The notes below the pieces were generated by a model. It was not told the DNA's origin, made no database searches, and saw only the letters and a list, made by a program, of their open reading frames with translations. A stretch of 64,000 bases of DNA from Chloroflexota bacterium. GTDB taxonomy: Bacteria > Chloroflexota > UBA11872 > VXOZ01. This document shows positions 10,251 through 19,960 of the stretch, one piece after another (positions within the stretch are counted from its first letter, which is position 1; each line of letters starts with the position of its first letter). The DNA lies in NCBI GenBank assembly GCA_965221905.1, contig OZ244922.1:1920001-1984000 (forward strand), in the 5' to 3' direction. A program made the position numbers and the translations under genes.

Positions 10251-11636
10251 ATGTTTCAGAATCTGACCCGTCGCTCGTTCTTGACCGGCAGTGCAGTCAC
10301 GATGGCTGGAGTGAGTCTTGCGGCCTGCGGCCAAGTGGCCGTTGCGCCTGCTGAATCGGAGGCGCCCGCGGAGGCGCCACAAGCCGCAGGGCCAAGTGGG
10401 GAGAGTGAAAAGCCGGTAGTGTCCTACATCTGGTACGACACGGGTGGAGAGCCGCGCAAGACTAACTTCGAAGGGGCATTCGCCGACATGAGGGCGGCGC
10501 TTCCCGATATAGATATTCAGATTGACTATCATCCGGGAGGCGGTCTCGCCGCATATGCTGAGAAGGTGGTGGCTGCCCAAGCCGCCGGTCTCTCGTGGGA
10601 TGTTTACTGGGGGCATTTCTCCTTTCTGAGCCAGTTGCTCACTGGAGAAGTAATCGGACCGATCGATCCCTATCTCGCCGCCGACACGGAGATTTCGCCT
10701 GATGACTTCTACGAATTCGCGTTGGATCGAGTCAGCGGGCAAGTATATGGCATTGCCTACGTTACTAATGGAAAGGAGTTTTGGTACAACGCCGATCTCA
10801 TCGCTGAGGCGGGACTGACGTCGCCTCGTGAGTTGGAGGCGCAGGGCAACTGGACGTGGGATGCTGTCGTCGAGATGGCGGCGCGACTGACTGAAACCGA
10901 GGGTGACCGCGTTACCCGCTGGGGGTTCAACTATCCATACTGGTCCACCGGGTGGTTTGGCCACCACTTGCTGGCCTGGGGCGCCGACTGGTGGAACGAA
11001 GACTTCACGGCGCCGACCATCAACAGCCCCGAGGCCGTAGCGGCCACCCAGCAGGCGCTCGACATGGTGATCAAGCACCGGGTGTCGGCAGGACGGACGA
11101 AGGGCAAAGAGCCGAACGTCGGCGCTAACTTTACGAAACAGGAGGTCGCTACCGTCGTCACTGGGTCCTTCTACGTGAGAGTCATCGAAGCGAACGTCAT
11201 GCAGAAGCCGGATCCATTCAAGGTCGAAATGACGATGCTGCCCAACGGCCCGGCAGGTCGGAAAGTCGTCCAGGCGATCAACTCGAACTACTTTGGCAAG
11301 GAGCCTGCGCATCCTGAGGCAGCGTGGGCCGTGTATAAGTACTTCCTCAGCGAAGATATCCAGAAGTGGATGGCGGGCAACGGCGGCGGCCGCTACACGG
11401 CCAACAAGAGCTTCCAGCCCACCGTGCTGCAGCCCTATGAAGACCCAGCCGTCTATGCAGCCTCTGCCGAAATTAGCGTCCCCAACCGTCAGATTGTGCA
11501 GCAGTCCGCGGTCAATCGGGCATGGACCAAAGGATGGGAAGCCCTGGAAGGCGGGCAGCTTACCGTCAAGGAACATCTGGATGCATTGCAACACGTAGCG
11601 GAAACCGCTCTCGAGGAAGGCGGCTGCATCTGCTAA
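10251..11636 (+). CDS. ABC-type extracellular solute-binding lipoprotein, Tat signal, C-terminal GCIC
   Basis: TRRSFL, lipobox LAAC, WYNADLIAEAGL..P, NWTWD, LPNGPAG; SD GGAGG. Confidence 0.9.
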   Translation: MFQNLTRRSFLTGSAVTMAGVSLAACGQVAVAPAESEAPAEAPQAAGPSGESEKPVVSYIWYDTGGEPRKTNFEGAFADMRAALPDIDIQIDYHPGGGLAAYAEKVVAAQAAGLSWDVYWGHFSFLSQLLTGEVIGPIDPYLAADTEISPDDFYEFALDRVSGQVYGIAYVTNGKEFWYNADLIAEAGLTSPRELEAQGNWTWDAVVEMAARLTETEGDRVTRWGFNYPYWSTGWFGHHLLAWGADWWNEDFTAPTINSPEAVAATQQALDMVIKHRVSAGRTKGKEPNVGANFTKQEVATVVTGSFYVRVIEANVMQKPDPFKVEMTMLPNGPAGRKVVQAINSNYFGKEPAHPEAAWAVYKYFLSEDIQKWMAGNGGGRYTANKSFQPTVLQPYEDPAVYAASAEISVPNRQIVQQSAVNRAWTKGWEALEGGQLTVKEHLDALQHVAETALEEGGCIC

Positions 11637-11684
11637 GGTTTTCCGAGCGAGCGGGGGCTTGTTTCACTCGCTCGGAAAACCTTA
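11634..11684 (+). terminator. Long hairpin after the SBP gene (terminator or mRNA-stabilising stem)
   Basis: Perfect 18-bp stem TAAGGTTTTCCGAGCGAG/CTCGCTCGGAAAACCTTA beginning at the stop codon; no clear U-tract. Confidence 0.65.
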
Positions 11685-11781
11685 TGCGAGGGCATTCGCT
11701 ATCCTGGTAGGCACAAAATGGCAGGGGTACGCTGTTCGGCTGTAGGGACGACAAAACACAAATCTACTTATTGGAGACACA

Positions 11782-12603
11782 ATGGCCACGAAAACGAACT
11801 TAGCGCTGCGACTGCACGGCAGACACTGGCGTACGCGGACCCTTGCCACCGCCGACTGGGAAGAAGAGGAGTTCGCGCTTGATCCGGATGAGACCGGATT
11901 CGTGGCTTTACATCTTTGGAACGTCGGTGACGTGAACGGCCCTCCCGTCCCGGAGAACTTCTCGGTGGATATGGGCAAGCCGGAGACCCAGGCAGAGTCG
12001 GTGCGGATTGCCGAGCAGTATGTCCGCCCGGCGATCCACGCGGCGCGCGCTGCCGGGCTAGCGATCTTCCACGTCGAGCCGCGCAATATCGCCCTGAAGT
12101 ATGATTCTGTCCATCACATGCTGGCGGAGGACGAACTCAATCCGCCGCGGCAAGAGCCGGGACCGCCGGCGGTCAATCCCGGTTGGCTCAAAGAGCGGGC
12201 GGAGCGGACGCACGGCAAAGGGTACATGGATTGGGAAGGATGGCAACAAATGCGCATCCTTTCCTCGTGTGAAGCTGAACCGGGCGACCAGGTGATCCTC
12301 ACCAGCGCTCAGTTCGACCGCATCTGCCGCAGTCGGGGCATCAAGAATCTCATCTACACCGGCTTTGCTACCAACATGTGCATTCTTGGCTCAGAAGGCG
12401 CTACTAAGCCCATGCTAGCGTACGGATATAAGATCTTCCTCATCCGCGAAGCGACGCTGGGAACTGAGATTCCAGAGACCTTCCATGACCGTCTGCTTAC
12501 GAGGGCAGCGCTAATTCAGTTCCAGAAACAGGTAGGCGACACCATCGGCTTTGACCAGTTCATGGCAGCGTGCCGCACCGTTGCCGCGGCAAGAATGGGA
12601 TAG
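11782..12603 (+). CDS. Isochorismatase-like cysteine hydrolase
   Basis: GIKNLIYTGFATNMC (cis-peptide/Cys nucleophile), GYKIFLIREAT. Confidence 0.82.
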   Translation: MATKTNLALRLHGRHWRTRTLATADWEEEEFALDPDETGFVALHLWNVGDVNGPPVPENFSVDMGKPETQAESVRIAEQYVRPAIHAARAAGLAIFHVEPRNIALKYDSVHHMLAEDELNPPRQEPGPPAVNPGWLKERAERTHGKGYMDWEGWQQMRILSSCEAEPGDQVILTSAQFDRICRSRGIKNLIYTGFATNMCILGSEGATKPMLAYGYKIFLIREATLGTEIPETFHDRLLTRAALIQFQKQVGDTIGFDQFMAACRTVAAARMG

Positions 12604-12609
12604 GGAGCA

Positions 12610-13521
12610 ATGTTTCCTAACGGCGCGGAGTTCTGTCTCAGTCTGCGTCCCGCGGTTGAGATGTGCACGAATTTCCCTTACTGGACGTCTCAGTGGAACC
12701 ACCTGAAGGGCGCATTGGATGACGACAGCAAAGACTATGTGCTCAAAATGCATGAGGTAGCGAGCACATACGGGGCGCCTCTCTACTTCCTCTTGGTGGG
12801 AAGCTCCCTCGAGGACCCGGACATTGACTACCTCAAGCAACTGGTAGCCGCCGGACACGAGGTGGGTAACCACACGTACACACACCTCAATGTCAAGGCA
12901 AAGACGATCGAGAACTTGCAAGCGGTGTACGCTAACGCGCCGTGGCGGGCACATGGCCGCACGCCCCTGCAGTGTATCCAGGATGAGGTGTGTGCAACGA
13001 GCGCCGCGATTCGCGAAAGGCTTGGTGTGACCGTCACCGGGTTCGGTACACCGGGTGCGTTCAGTACCGGACTGCACGACGTACCCGAGGTCCAAGCGCT
13101 GCTCAAAGAGGAAGGGTTCACGCACGTCACGTCGCACTACCTCAGTCCGGCGCCGCGCGGGGTTAAGCGTCCTCCCCTCGATCAACTCGAGAACGCCATG
13201 CGTAAGAATATCGACAAACTGCAGCCGTATCGGTATCCAAATGGTCTGTTGGAAATCGCGCCAATGGGGTTGACCGACATCGGGGCCTTTAGAGTTCTTG
13301 ACCTGGATCGTTGGGAGTACATCAGCCTGCTCAAGGCGGCGATTGACCACGCCCACGAGCGCCGGTACATATTGAGCTTTGCATTCCATCCGCCGGCGCT
13401 GGCCGCGCGCGACCCGCACTGCGACGTGCTGGATACCGTGATCCGTTATGCACAGGGGAAACCGAGAGGATGCTGGATTGCGACAAATAGCGAGATAGCC
13501 TCCTACTTGGGTGCCGCCTAA
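12610..13521 (+). CDS. Polysaccharide deacetylase (CE4/NodB-like) family protein
   Basis: GHEVGNHTYTH, GFGTPG, GLLEIAP, FAFHP. Confidence 0.82.
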   Translation: MFPNGAEFCLSLRPAVEMCTNFPYWTSQWNHLKGALDDDSKDYVLKMHEVASTYGAPLYFLLVGSSLEDPDIDYLKQLVAAGHEVGNHTYTHLNVKAKTIENLQAVYANAPWRAHGRTPLQCIQDEVCATSAAIRERLGVTVTGFGTPGAFSTGLHDVPEVQALLKEEGFTHVTSHYLSPAPRGVKRPPLDQLENAMRKNIDKLQPYRYPNGLLEIAPMGLTDIGAFRVLDLDRWEYISLLKAAIDHAHERRYILSFAFHPPALAARDPHCDVLDTVIRYAQGKPRGCWIATNSEIASYLGAA

Positions 13522-13603
13522 GTGCGTAGAAGGGAGGGGATAGCATCGCAAAGTAAGGCGATTTCGTTCGGGTATGTGTCTGGTTAAACACCACCGTGGA
13601 TCA

Positions 13604-14014
13604 GAGATGACGCTGCTTCCCAAAGGGCCCGGCGGCCAGCGGGCTACCGTACATTCGATTAATGCGAACTACATTAGCACCTCGTCGCTCGAACCGGACG
13701 CTACGTGGGAGTTCTACAAGTTCCTGATTGGATCGAATAGCGACTCCTTTATTGCCGACCTGGGCGGCAGACGCTACACAGCCATCCGCGGCCAAGTGCC
13801 GATTGTACAGTACGATTACGAGGATGCTGCGGTGTATGCGGCTATGACGGCTCTCAGCGTGCCAACCAAGCAGATCATCAAACAATCAGAGGTTGATGGC
13901 GCCTGGCGAGAGAACTGGGGAGCTTTCGAAGAGGGGTCGAAGACGGTACGAGAGGTGCAGGAGGAGATGCAGGCGTTGGCAGAGATTGCCATTGAGGATG
14001 GTTGTATCTGCTAA
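13604..14014 (+). pseudogene. 5'-truncated paralog of the 10251-11636 SBP (C-terminal ~135 aa)
   Basis: EMTLLPKGPGG..SINANY..WEFYKF..GGRRYTA..YEDAAVYAA..QIIKQS..TVRE..DGCIC aligns by eye to the SBP C-terminus; no signal peptide. Confidence 0.8.
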
Positions 14015-14277
14015 AGAATTCAGATTGAACTCCTCTTCCAGGTTGGCGATCTCGGCGTGTGCCCTGAACCATCCCAGTGGGACGCTGAAAGTTAGCGGTA
14101 TGTAGCCGTTGACCCAGCACAGAATGGCTTTCGCCGCTTGCTGCAAGCAAGTGGTTGTCATGCCGCGCACCTTTGAAAGTGGATCAACTGGCAACCTTTC
14201 GGGCAGGGCACTCCAGAGAGACTAAAGGCCATGTGCTCCCGAGAGCGGGAGGCCTGCTTTTCGTGGAGGCTGGCGTT

Positions 14278-14320
14278 GGTACCCACGCTGTGCTATGAGC
14301 GCAGCGTGGGTACCTTCTTT
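14278..14320 (+). terminator. Intrinsic terminator-like hairpin
   Basis: 13-bp stem GGTACCCACGCTG/CAGCGTGGGTACC followed by TTCTTT. Confidence 0.6.
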
Positions 14321-14545
14321 GCTGATGTTTCCCTGCTCCAAAGTGAATCACTTTTCTGCGCCGCCGTGGGAATGGATTCAGACTACATGCCCAGTCTGCA
14401 ATTTCCCTCCCTTTGATCGCCGCTTGGAGGAATTACGCCGCGCCCTTCCTGTGGCTTGCCAAGTGAGGCAACCTTGCGTGGGAGACGGCACTGTACCCTT
14501 ACTTTTCGTACGATTTCTCAACCGTACCAATCGGGGCAGTTGGCT

Positions 14546-14734
14546 ATGAGATGAATCCTTAACACGACTGCGGATGCGCTGCTCTTCATGCTCGCAATTG
14601 TGGTCTTCTACATCGGATTAGGCGTAGGCTTGCAGCGTGAGCCGACCATCGGCACGATCCTCTGAATTGCTGCAAGGGCGATTGCGCTACTCAATTTGCT
14701 GTGGATCTTCCGCTCGCGATTACAACAGAACTAA
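14546..14734 (+). pseudogene. Small two-TM protein interrupted by TGA codons
   Basis: MR*ILNTTADALLFMLAIVVFYIGLGVGLQREPTIGTIL*IAARAIALLNLLWIFRSRLQQN; TGA at 14552 and 14663. Confidence 0.5.
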
Positions 14735-14997
14735 CTGTGCCAAGCAAACCCCGCGCAGTGAATCCGAGACGGTAGTTGACTTGTAGAATGGGCGCAGAAC
14801 AGCGGATGAAGCTGGAAGACTCATCGCTTAGCCGAGACTCAAAAAATAGAGTGAGATCACGCATACGGCTCGCCTGTCGATGCTGCTACAGGAGGGCCAT
14901 AGTCATTGCCGCGTGACCCAGCAAACTCGTGCATCGCGTTTTCAATTGACGAGAGACCGATTTGCTTGCTAGACTGAGCTAGGAATACACCCCGCAC

Positions 14998-15072
14998 GGT
15001 GGCTGTAGCTCAACTGGTTAGAGCTCTGGACTGTGGCTCCAGCGGTTGGGGGTTCGAGTCCCCTCAGCCACC
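14998..15072 (+). tRNA. tRNA-His (GTG)
   Basis: G-1 encoded, acceptor GTGGCTG/CAGCCAC, anticodon loop CTGTGGC, C discriminator; followed by CCCA so CCA is not in register; promoter-like TTGACG..TGcTAGACT at 14946-14975. Confidence 0.95.
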
Positions 15073-15240
15073 CCCAAAGCCTGGTATTTCTCAATCCTCC
15101 CAGTTGAGGGTGGCGCTTCGAGTCTGCCAATTGCTGGTTTCCCCCGGCCTGTCACCCGCTTTCACATCCCCGGCGTTAATGGGATTCCCAGGTACTGCAC
15201 CAGGATAGCTCTTGCTGCTGACAAAGAAACACCGGAAGTG

Positions 15241-15888
15241 ATGATTCCTGCGATTGATCCGGAAATCGACTACAAGGCATTTGTACGACGAGCCTATGAT
15301 GCGTGCGCGGCGGCGTACGACATTTCCCGAAAGGCTGAGCCAGGAATTGAGATACGGGGACTGTCAGACAGACTGAACGACGGCGACGCGGTGCTCGACA
15401 TCGGCTGCGGCGCCGGAACCCCGATCGCCAAGTCGCTGGCCGCACGCTACCGTGTCACAGGAGTGGACATTTCACAAGAGATGATCCATCGGGCACGGCA
15501 GAATGTGCCAACCGCCCACTTCTTGTGCGCTGACGTCATGTCGGTACGCTTTCCTCCTTCCAGCTTCAATGCGGTGGTGGCATTCTATTCCATATTCCAC
15601 CTTCCCAGAGAGGAGCACCCGGTCCTGTTTCGGAGGATCCACCGGTGGCTCAAGCCAGGCGGGTACCTGCTATGCACTCTCAGTCATTGCAGCGAGGAGG
15701 GCTACACGGAGGAAGACTTCCATGGAGTGACGATGTATTGGAGCAACTTCAGCCATGGGGAGTACAGAGAGATTCTGACCGGAGCGGGGTTCGAGCTGCT
15801 TGAGACAAAGTCAACGGGTTCCGGCTACGAATATGCAAACCAGGAGTTCAGCGAGGACCACCCTCTGGTCCTCGCGCGTAAGCAGTAA
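15241..15888 (+). CDS. Class I SAM-dependent methyltransferase
   Basis: VLDIGCGAG, GVDIS, LKPGG; start trimmed because the longer ORF overlaps tRNA-His. Confidence 0.88.
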   Translation: MIPAIDPEIDYKAFVRRAYDACAAAYDISRKAEPGIEIRGLSDRLNDGDAVLDIGCGAGTPIAKSLAARYRVTGVDISQEMIHRARQNVPTAHFLCADVMSVRFPPSSFNAVVAFYSIFHLPREEHPVLFRRIHRWLKPGGYLLCTLSHCSEEGYTEEDFHGVTMYWSNFSHGEYREILTGAGFELLETKSTGSGYEYANQEFSEDHPLVLARKQ

Positions 15889-15964
15889 TCTTCGCGAATC
15901 CTACCGTTCTTTCCGTCTTCCGTGTGGGCGTTTTCGGCCACTTAAATTTGTGGGCTTGACTTGC

Positions 15965-15993
15965 TTGACAGATTGCCCAAGAGAGACTATAAT
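15965..15993 (+). promoter_or_regulatory. Perfect consensus sigma70 promoter
   Basis: TTGACA-17 nt-TATAAT, ~95 nt upstream of the ATG at 16089. Confidence 0.8.
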
Positions 15994-16088
15994 TTCGCTA
16001 CTTTCGAGTAGCCCTAAGTTCTTTGTCAATGGCGACTTGAAGTAGGTGTTTTCGGCCAGTTTGCATAGCGATAGCGAGGTTTCAAGTC

Positions 16089-17150
16089 ATGGCCAACTAT
16101 GGCGAGTTGAAGGGCCGCTTGGACCGGGGTGACGTGGTCGTGTTGGATGGAGCCATTGGGACTGAGCTGCAGGCTATGGGCGTGCCTATGGACCCGGCCT
16201 CGTGGTGCGGCCCCGGCAACTACACGCACACCGCAACGGTGCGACAGATGCACGAGCGCTACATTCGTGCGGGGGCCGACATCATTACCACGAATACTTT
16301 CAACAACCTGCGCCCTGCGCTGGAGGCATCCGGGCACGGCGAGTTGATACGGGAGATAAACACGCGGGCGGTGGGCGCAGCGCTGGAGGCGATAGACCGG
16401 GCCGCTGGTGACAAGCAGGTGTATATTGCCGGCTCTATCTCTTGCCGAATCCCCATACGCGACGGCAGAACCGGAGCACTCCTTGGCGGCACTGGCTATG
16501 GCTATGGCGCCAGCCTCTCGAGGGAGGAGTTAAGGGCCTATGTCGACGAGCAGGCGAGTATCCTGGCCGAGGCTGGGGTGGACTTTTTCCTGATCGAGAA
16601 CTTGTGGGCCGATAACGAGTCCAGGGCGATCGCAACTGAGGCGGCCAAGGCTGCAGGACTGCCGGTGTGGGTGGCATTTACGGTGTCAATGGCGCCCGAC
16701 AGACAGACGGTTAGGATGAGTTCCGGAGACTACCGTGACTATATTCGCGGTATGGGAGTGCCGATGTGGACTTCAAGCTGGCGGACGGTTAATGATGATA
16801 TGACTCTGGCCGATGGCGTCAGCGAGATAGCCGCGCTGGGTCCCGATGTACTAGGCGTGTTTCACAGTAAGGTAGACGAAACCACGGCGGCGCTTCAGGT
16901 AGTCCTCGACCAATGGACCGGCCCCATTGTCGCCTATCCAGATGCGGGCAGGACCGATTACCTGGAGACTTGGCAGGACAAGAGCATTGTCAACGTGGAG
17001 TCTGCGGCGGAACTGACTAAGAAGGCCGCCAAGTGGGTCGGTATGGGAGTCCAAGTCGTAGGCACATGCTGTGGATTTGGCCCCGAGTACATCCGCGCTC
17101 TGAGCGGTGCGCTGCCGGACCGGGTCTCATCGCCGCGAGTAGGCACCTAG
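16089..17150 (+). CDS. Homocysteine S-methyltransferase family protein
   Basis: LDGAIGTEL, HERYIRAGADIITTNTF, IAGSIS, AYPDAG, VGTCCG. Confidence 0.9.
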   Translation: MANYGELKGRLDRGDVVVLDGAIGTELQAMGVPMDPASWCGPGNYTHTATVRQMHERYIRAGADIITTNTFNNLRPALEASGHGELIREINTRAVGAALEAIDRAAGDKQVYIAGSISCRIPIRDGRTGALLGGTGYGYGASLSREELRAYVDEQASILAEAGVDFFLIENLWADNESRAIATEAAKAAGLPVWVAFTVSMAPDRQTVRMSSGDYRDYIRGMGVPMWTSSWRTVNDDMTLADGVSEIAALGPDVLGVFHSKVDETTAALQVVLDQWTGPIVAYPDAGRTDYLETWQDKSIVNVESAAELTKKAAKWVGMGVQVVGTCCGFGPEYIRALSGALPDRVSSPRVGT

Positions 17151-17229
17151 GAATCTCCGCGCAGAACTGACGTAAATTAAGGCACATTCGACGTAGAACA
17201 GACATCCAGATCGACAGGAGGGGTCGTAT

Positions 17230-18762
17230 ATGGAATCCAAATCACTGGTGATTGTGGGAGCGGGAGCAGCGGGGACGGCTGCCGCCATCGAAGCGGCCCA
17301 GGCCGGGGTCCAGGTCACGCTCATCGACGAGAATCCCATTGGCATGTCTATGATGGGGTTAGACGTACCTCTGTACTTCGGCAAACGAACCATGGACTCG
17401 CTGGACGATAGGGCCCTGATGCTGCAGAGGGTGGCCGCGGCTAACGACGCTTTGGCGGGGGCTGAGAGGGTCGGCGTTGACGTTCAGCTTGGTACCTGCG
17501 TGTGGGGTGCTTTTTGCAATACTGATACCAGTAGGAAACTGGACGGCCCGCAACTCGGTCTGGCAGACGACAAGCGGTCGTGGATGATAAAGTACGATCG
17601 ACTGATCGTGGCAGCAGGCTCCCGAGACTTGAGTATGTCCTTTGCCGGGTCGAACCTGGTAGGGGCAATGGGAGCCAACGGCGCTCACTCGCTGCTGAGT
17701 CGCTACCAGGCATTGTCCTCGCGGCGCATGGTGGTCCTGGGCTCCGGCAACTTGGGTCTTAACACCGCCAGGATGGCTCTGGATAGCGGGATTGAAGTAG
17801 CCGCCATCGTGGACGTGACCTGCTCCGCGCGCGGCGATGAGACTCTCATGGCGGGGCTGCAAGAAGAGGGCGTTACGCTATATACCTCCCACACCGTTAA
17901 GGAGGCCGTCGGCAAGGCCGACGATATCGATTCGGTCGTGCTGATCGAGATCGACGACAACAACGAGCTGATTGCCGGCTCTGAAAGGGCCATCGCCGCC
18001 GATACCGTGTGCCTTGCAATCGGCCTGGTGCCCAACATAGAGCTACTTAGTCTTCTGGGCTGCGACATAACCTTCAAGTCCGAGCTTGGCGGGTACGTGC
18101 CGGACTGCGATGACTGGATGCGGACCAGCGTTGACACCGTGTTCGTCGCGGGTGATGTTGCCGGCTTCCACGACGGCATGGTCCTGGACCCAGAGATTGC
18201 ACACAATCAAGGTCGCCTCGCCGGCATTGCCGCTGCCGAGTCGCTTGGCGCTATCGACAGAGCGCAGGCCCTGGCCCGGAGGTCTGAGATTCAGGCCGAG
18301 GCCGTCACCGCAACACCGGCTGAAGTACACACGGTCTGGAAGAAGTGGCTGCAGTCGTTGGTCAATGCCGGTGGGCTGGATGTTTTCGCCTGTCCGTGCG
18401 AGGAGGTTACGCGTGGTGACCTCATTGGCTTGCAGCCTCCGCGATACTTGAATTGGCGGTCGGAGCAGATGAGTAGTCGAAGCCTCCAGACCCAGGCGAA
18501 GGATGACCCGGTCAATCCAGACCAGGTCAAGCGCCTGACACGGGCCGGAATGGGCCACTGCCAAGGCCGACTCTGCAGTGAGCAAGTGTCTTTACTGCTT
18601 GCCGAAGAATCTGGTACCGATATAGCAAAAGTACCGTATATGTCCTTCCGGCCGCCCGTTCGACCTTTGCCGCTGAGTGTCATGTGGCCGCACGATGAGA
18701 CGGAGCAGATGCGCGAGAATTGGGTCAAGTGGTTCGTTCCCGTGAGTAGAGTGTTGGGGTAG
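17230..18762 (+). CDS. FAD/NAD-dependent oxidoreductase with C-terminal BFD-like Fe-S domain (OoxA/HcnB/SoxA-like)
   Basis: GAGAAG, VFVAGD, CPCEEVT, KRLTRAGMGHCQGRLC, RPPVRP. Confidence 0.88.
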   Translation: MESKSLVIVGAGAAGTAAAIEAAQAGVQVTLIDENPIGMSMMGLDVPLYFGKRTMDSLDDRALMLQRVAAANDALAGAERVGVDVQLGTCVWGAFCNTDTSRKLDGPQLGLADDKRSWMIKYDRLIVAAGSRDLSMSFAGSNLVGAMGANGAHSLLSRYQALSSRRMVVLGSGNLGLNTARMALDSGIEVAAIVDVTCSARGDETLMAGLQEEGVTLYTSHTVKEAVGKADDIDSVVLIEIDDNNELIAGSERAIAADTVCLAIGLVPNIELLSLLGCDITFKSELGGYVPDCDDWMRTSVDTVFVAGDVAGFHDGMVLDPEIAHNQGRLAGIAAAESLGAIDRAQALARRSEIQAEAVTATPAEVHTVWKKWLQSLVNAGGLDVFACPCEEVTRGDLIGLQPPRYLNWRSEQMSSRSLQTQAKDDPVNPDQVKRLTRAGMGHCQGRLCSEQVSLLLAEESGTDIAKVPYMSFRPPVRPLPLSVMWPHDETEQMRENWVKWFVPVSRVLG

Positions 18763-18793
18763 GCAGTGATCAGTGGATCAACGGAGTGGCAGT

Positions 18794-19960
18794 ATGCTTA
18801 GTAACAGAGCAGACGTAGTCATCATTGGTGGTGGCATTTCGGGCCTCAGCACAGCCTATTATCTGGCCAAGGCGGGCAAGGATGTCGTCGTCGTCGAGAA
18901 AGGGATCGTTGGAGCCGAGGCTTCCGGGTGCAACGGCGGGATAATCAGCGAGCGAATTGACGAGCCGGATTTGGTTCCGTTGGCGGTGGAATCTGTGAAA
19001 TTGTGGCCGACGCTGGACGATGAGTTGGGCTATCCCACTGAGTTCGTGCAGCAAGGTAGGCTCCAAGTTGCCGTTTCAGAAGAGGAGATGGACCGCTACT
19101 TAACCGAGCAAGAGGTAGGGGAGCGCTTCGGCGTACGTGTGGACCTGGTGGACCGTTTCGAAGTACAGGACATGGTACCCTGTATCACCGATAGGACGCT
19201 CGGCGGGATCTTTTTACCAAAGGGCGGTCACGCCAACCCTCAGCGGACGGTCCAGGCATTTGCATGGGCTCTTCAAGACAGGGGCGGCAACCTCTACCAG
19301 AATACCGCCGCCACGGGCTTCAAGCTCGCTGACGGGAGGGTCTCGGCGGTCGAGACGACCGCCGGCATCATTGAGGCCGACACGGTGGTTTGCGCTGCTG
19401 GGCCACAGACGGCGTTGATTCTAGAGATGGTGGGCGTTCGCGTTCCCCTAGCGCCGGCAAGGGCAGAGATTATTGCCACCGCTCCCTTAGAGCCACTCTT
19501 TCAATTCGCCCTAGCGGGAAACGGACTCTACGGGCGCCAGGCCAAAAAGGGTAATCTGCTCTTTGGTGGAGGACCCCACGAATGGATTGATGTGGATCTG
19601 ACCACCTATCCCAGCAAGCCCAACACTCCCCTCATTCGGAACATTGCCAGGCGGCTTGCAGACTTGCTTCCAGGGGTAGCGGACGTGCCTGTAATCCGGA
19701 GCTGGGCCGGGGTGATAGAACAGGCCCCGGACTCCATGCCTATCATTGACATCCTGGACCGGCCGAGCAACTTTGTGTTTGTCTCCGCATCGGCTCATGG
19801 ATTCGCCATCGCAGCCGCCACGGGCAGGGTCGTGAGCGAATTGGTGCTCCACGGAGAATCCAGCACCGACATTAGTGGTCTCCGTTTGAGCAGATTTGCC
19901 AATGTCGGCCCCAACTGGAGGGAAGAACTCGGATGGATTCCGACTCCCGCCCGGTCCTGA
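18794..19960 (+). CDS. FAD-dependent amine/amino-acid oxidoreductase (DAO family; OoxB/HcnC/SoxB-like)
   Basis: IIGGGISG, ASGCNGG, RSWAG..PD..PII, HGF; start could be GTG 18773. Confidence 0.88.
   Translation: MLSNRADVVIIGGGISGLSTAYYLAKAGKDVVVVEKGIVGAEASGCNGGIISERIDEPDLVPLAVESVKLWPTLDDELGYPTEFVQQGRLQVAVSEEEMDRYLTEQEVGERFGVRVDLVDRFEVQDMVPCITDRTLGGIFLPKGGHANPQRTVQAFAWALQDRGGNLYQNTAATGFKLADGRVSAVETTAGIIEADTVVCAAGPQTALILEMVGVRVPLAPARAEIIATAPLEPLFQFALAGNGLYGRQAKKGNLLFGGGPHEWIDVDLTTYPSKPNTPLIRNIARRLADLLPGVADVPVIRSWAGVIEQAPDSMPIIDILDRPSNFVFVSASAHGFAIAAATGRVVSELVLHGESSTDISGLRLSRFANVGPNWREELGWIPTPARS

Noticed and set aside
10191-11594. 467-aa minus-strand ORF; similar long shadows at 809-1633, 12511-13623, 27107-28258 and 61081-62067
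   Set aside because: Antisense to well-supported genes, no motifs; expected from codon bias in GC-rich DNA.
13886-14194. 102-aa minus-strand ORF overlapping the SBP fragment
   Set aside because: No start context or motif, and it overlaps a better-supported remnant.
17230-19960. Hydrogen cyanide synthase hcnBC or sarcosine oxidase assignment
   Set aside because: No hcnA or soxD/G subunits; family-level similarity only.
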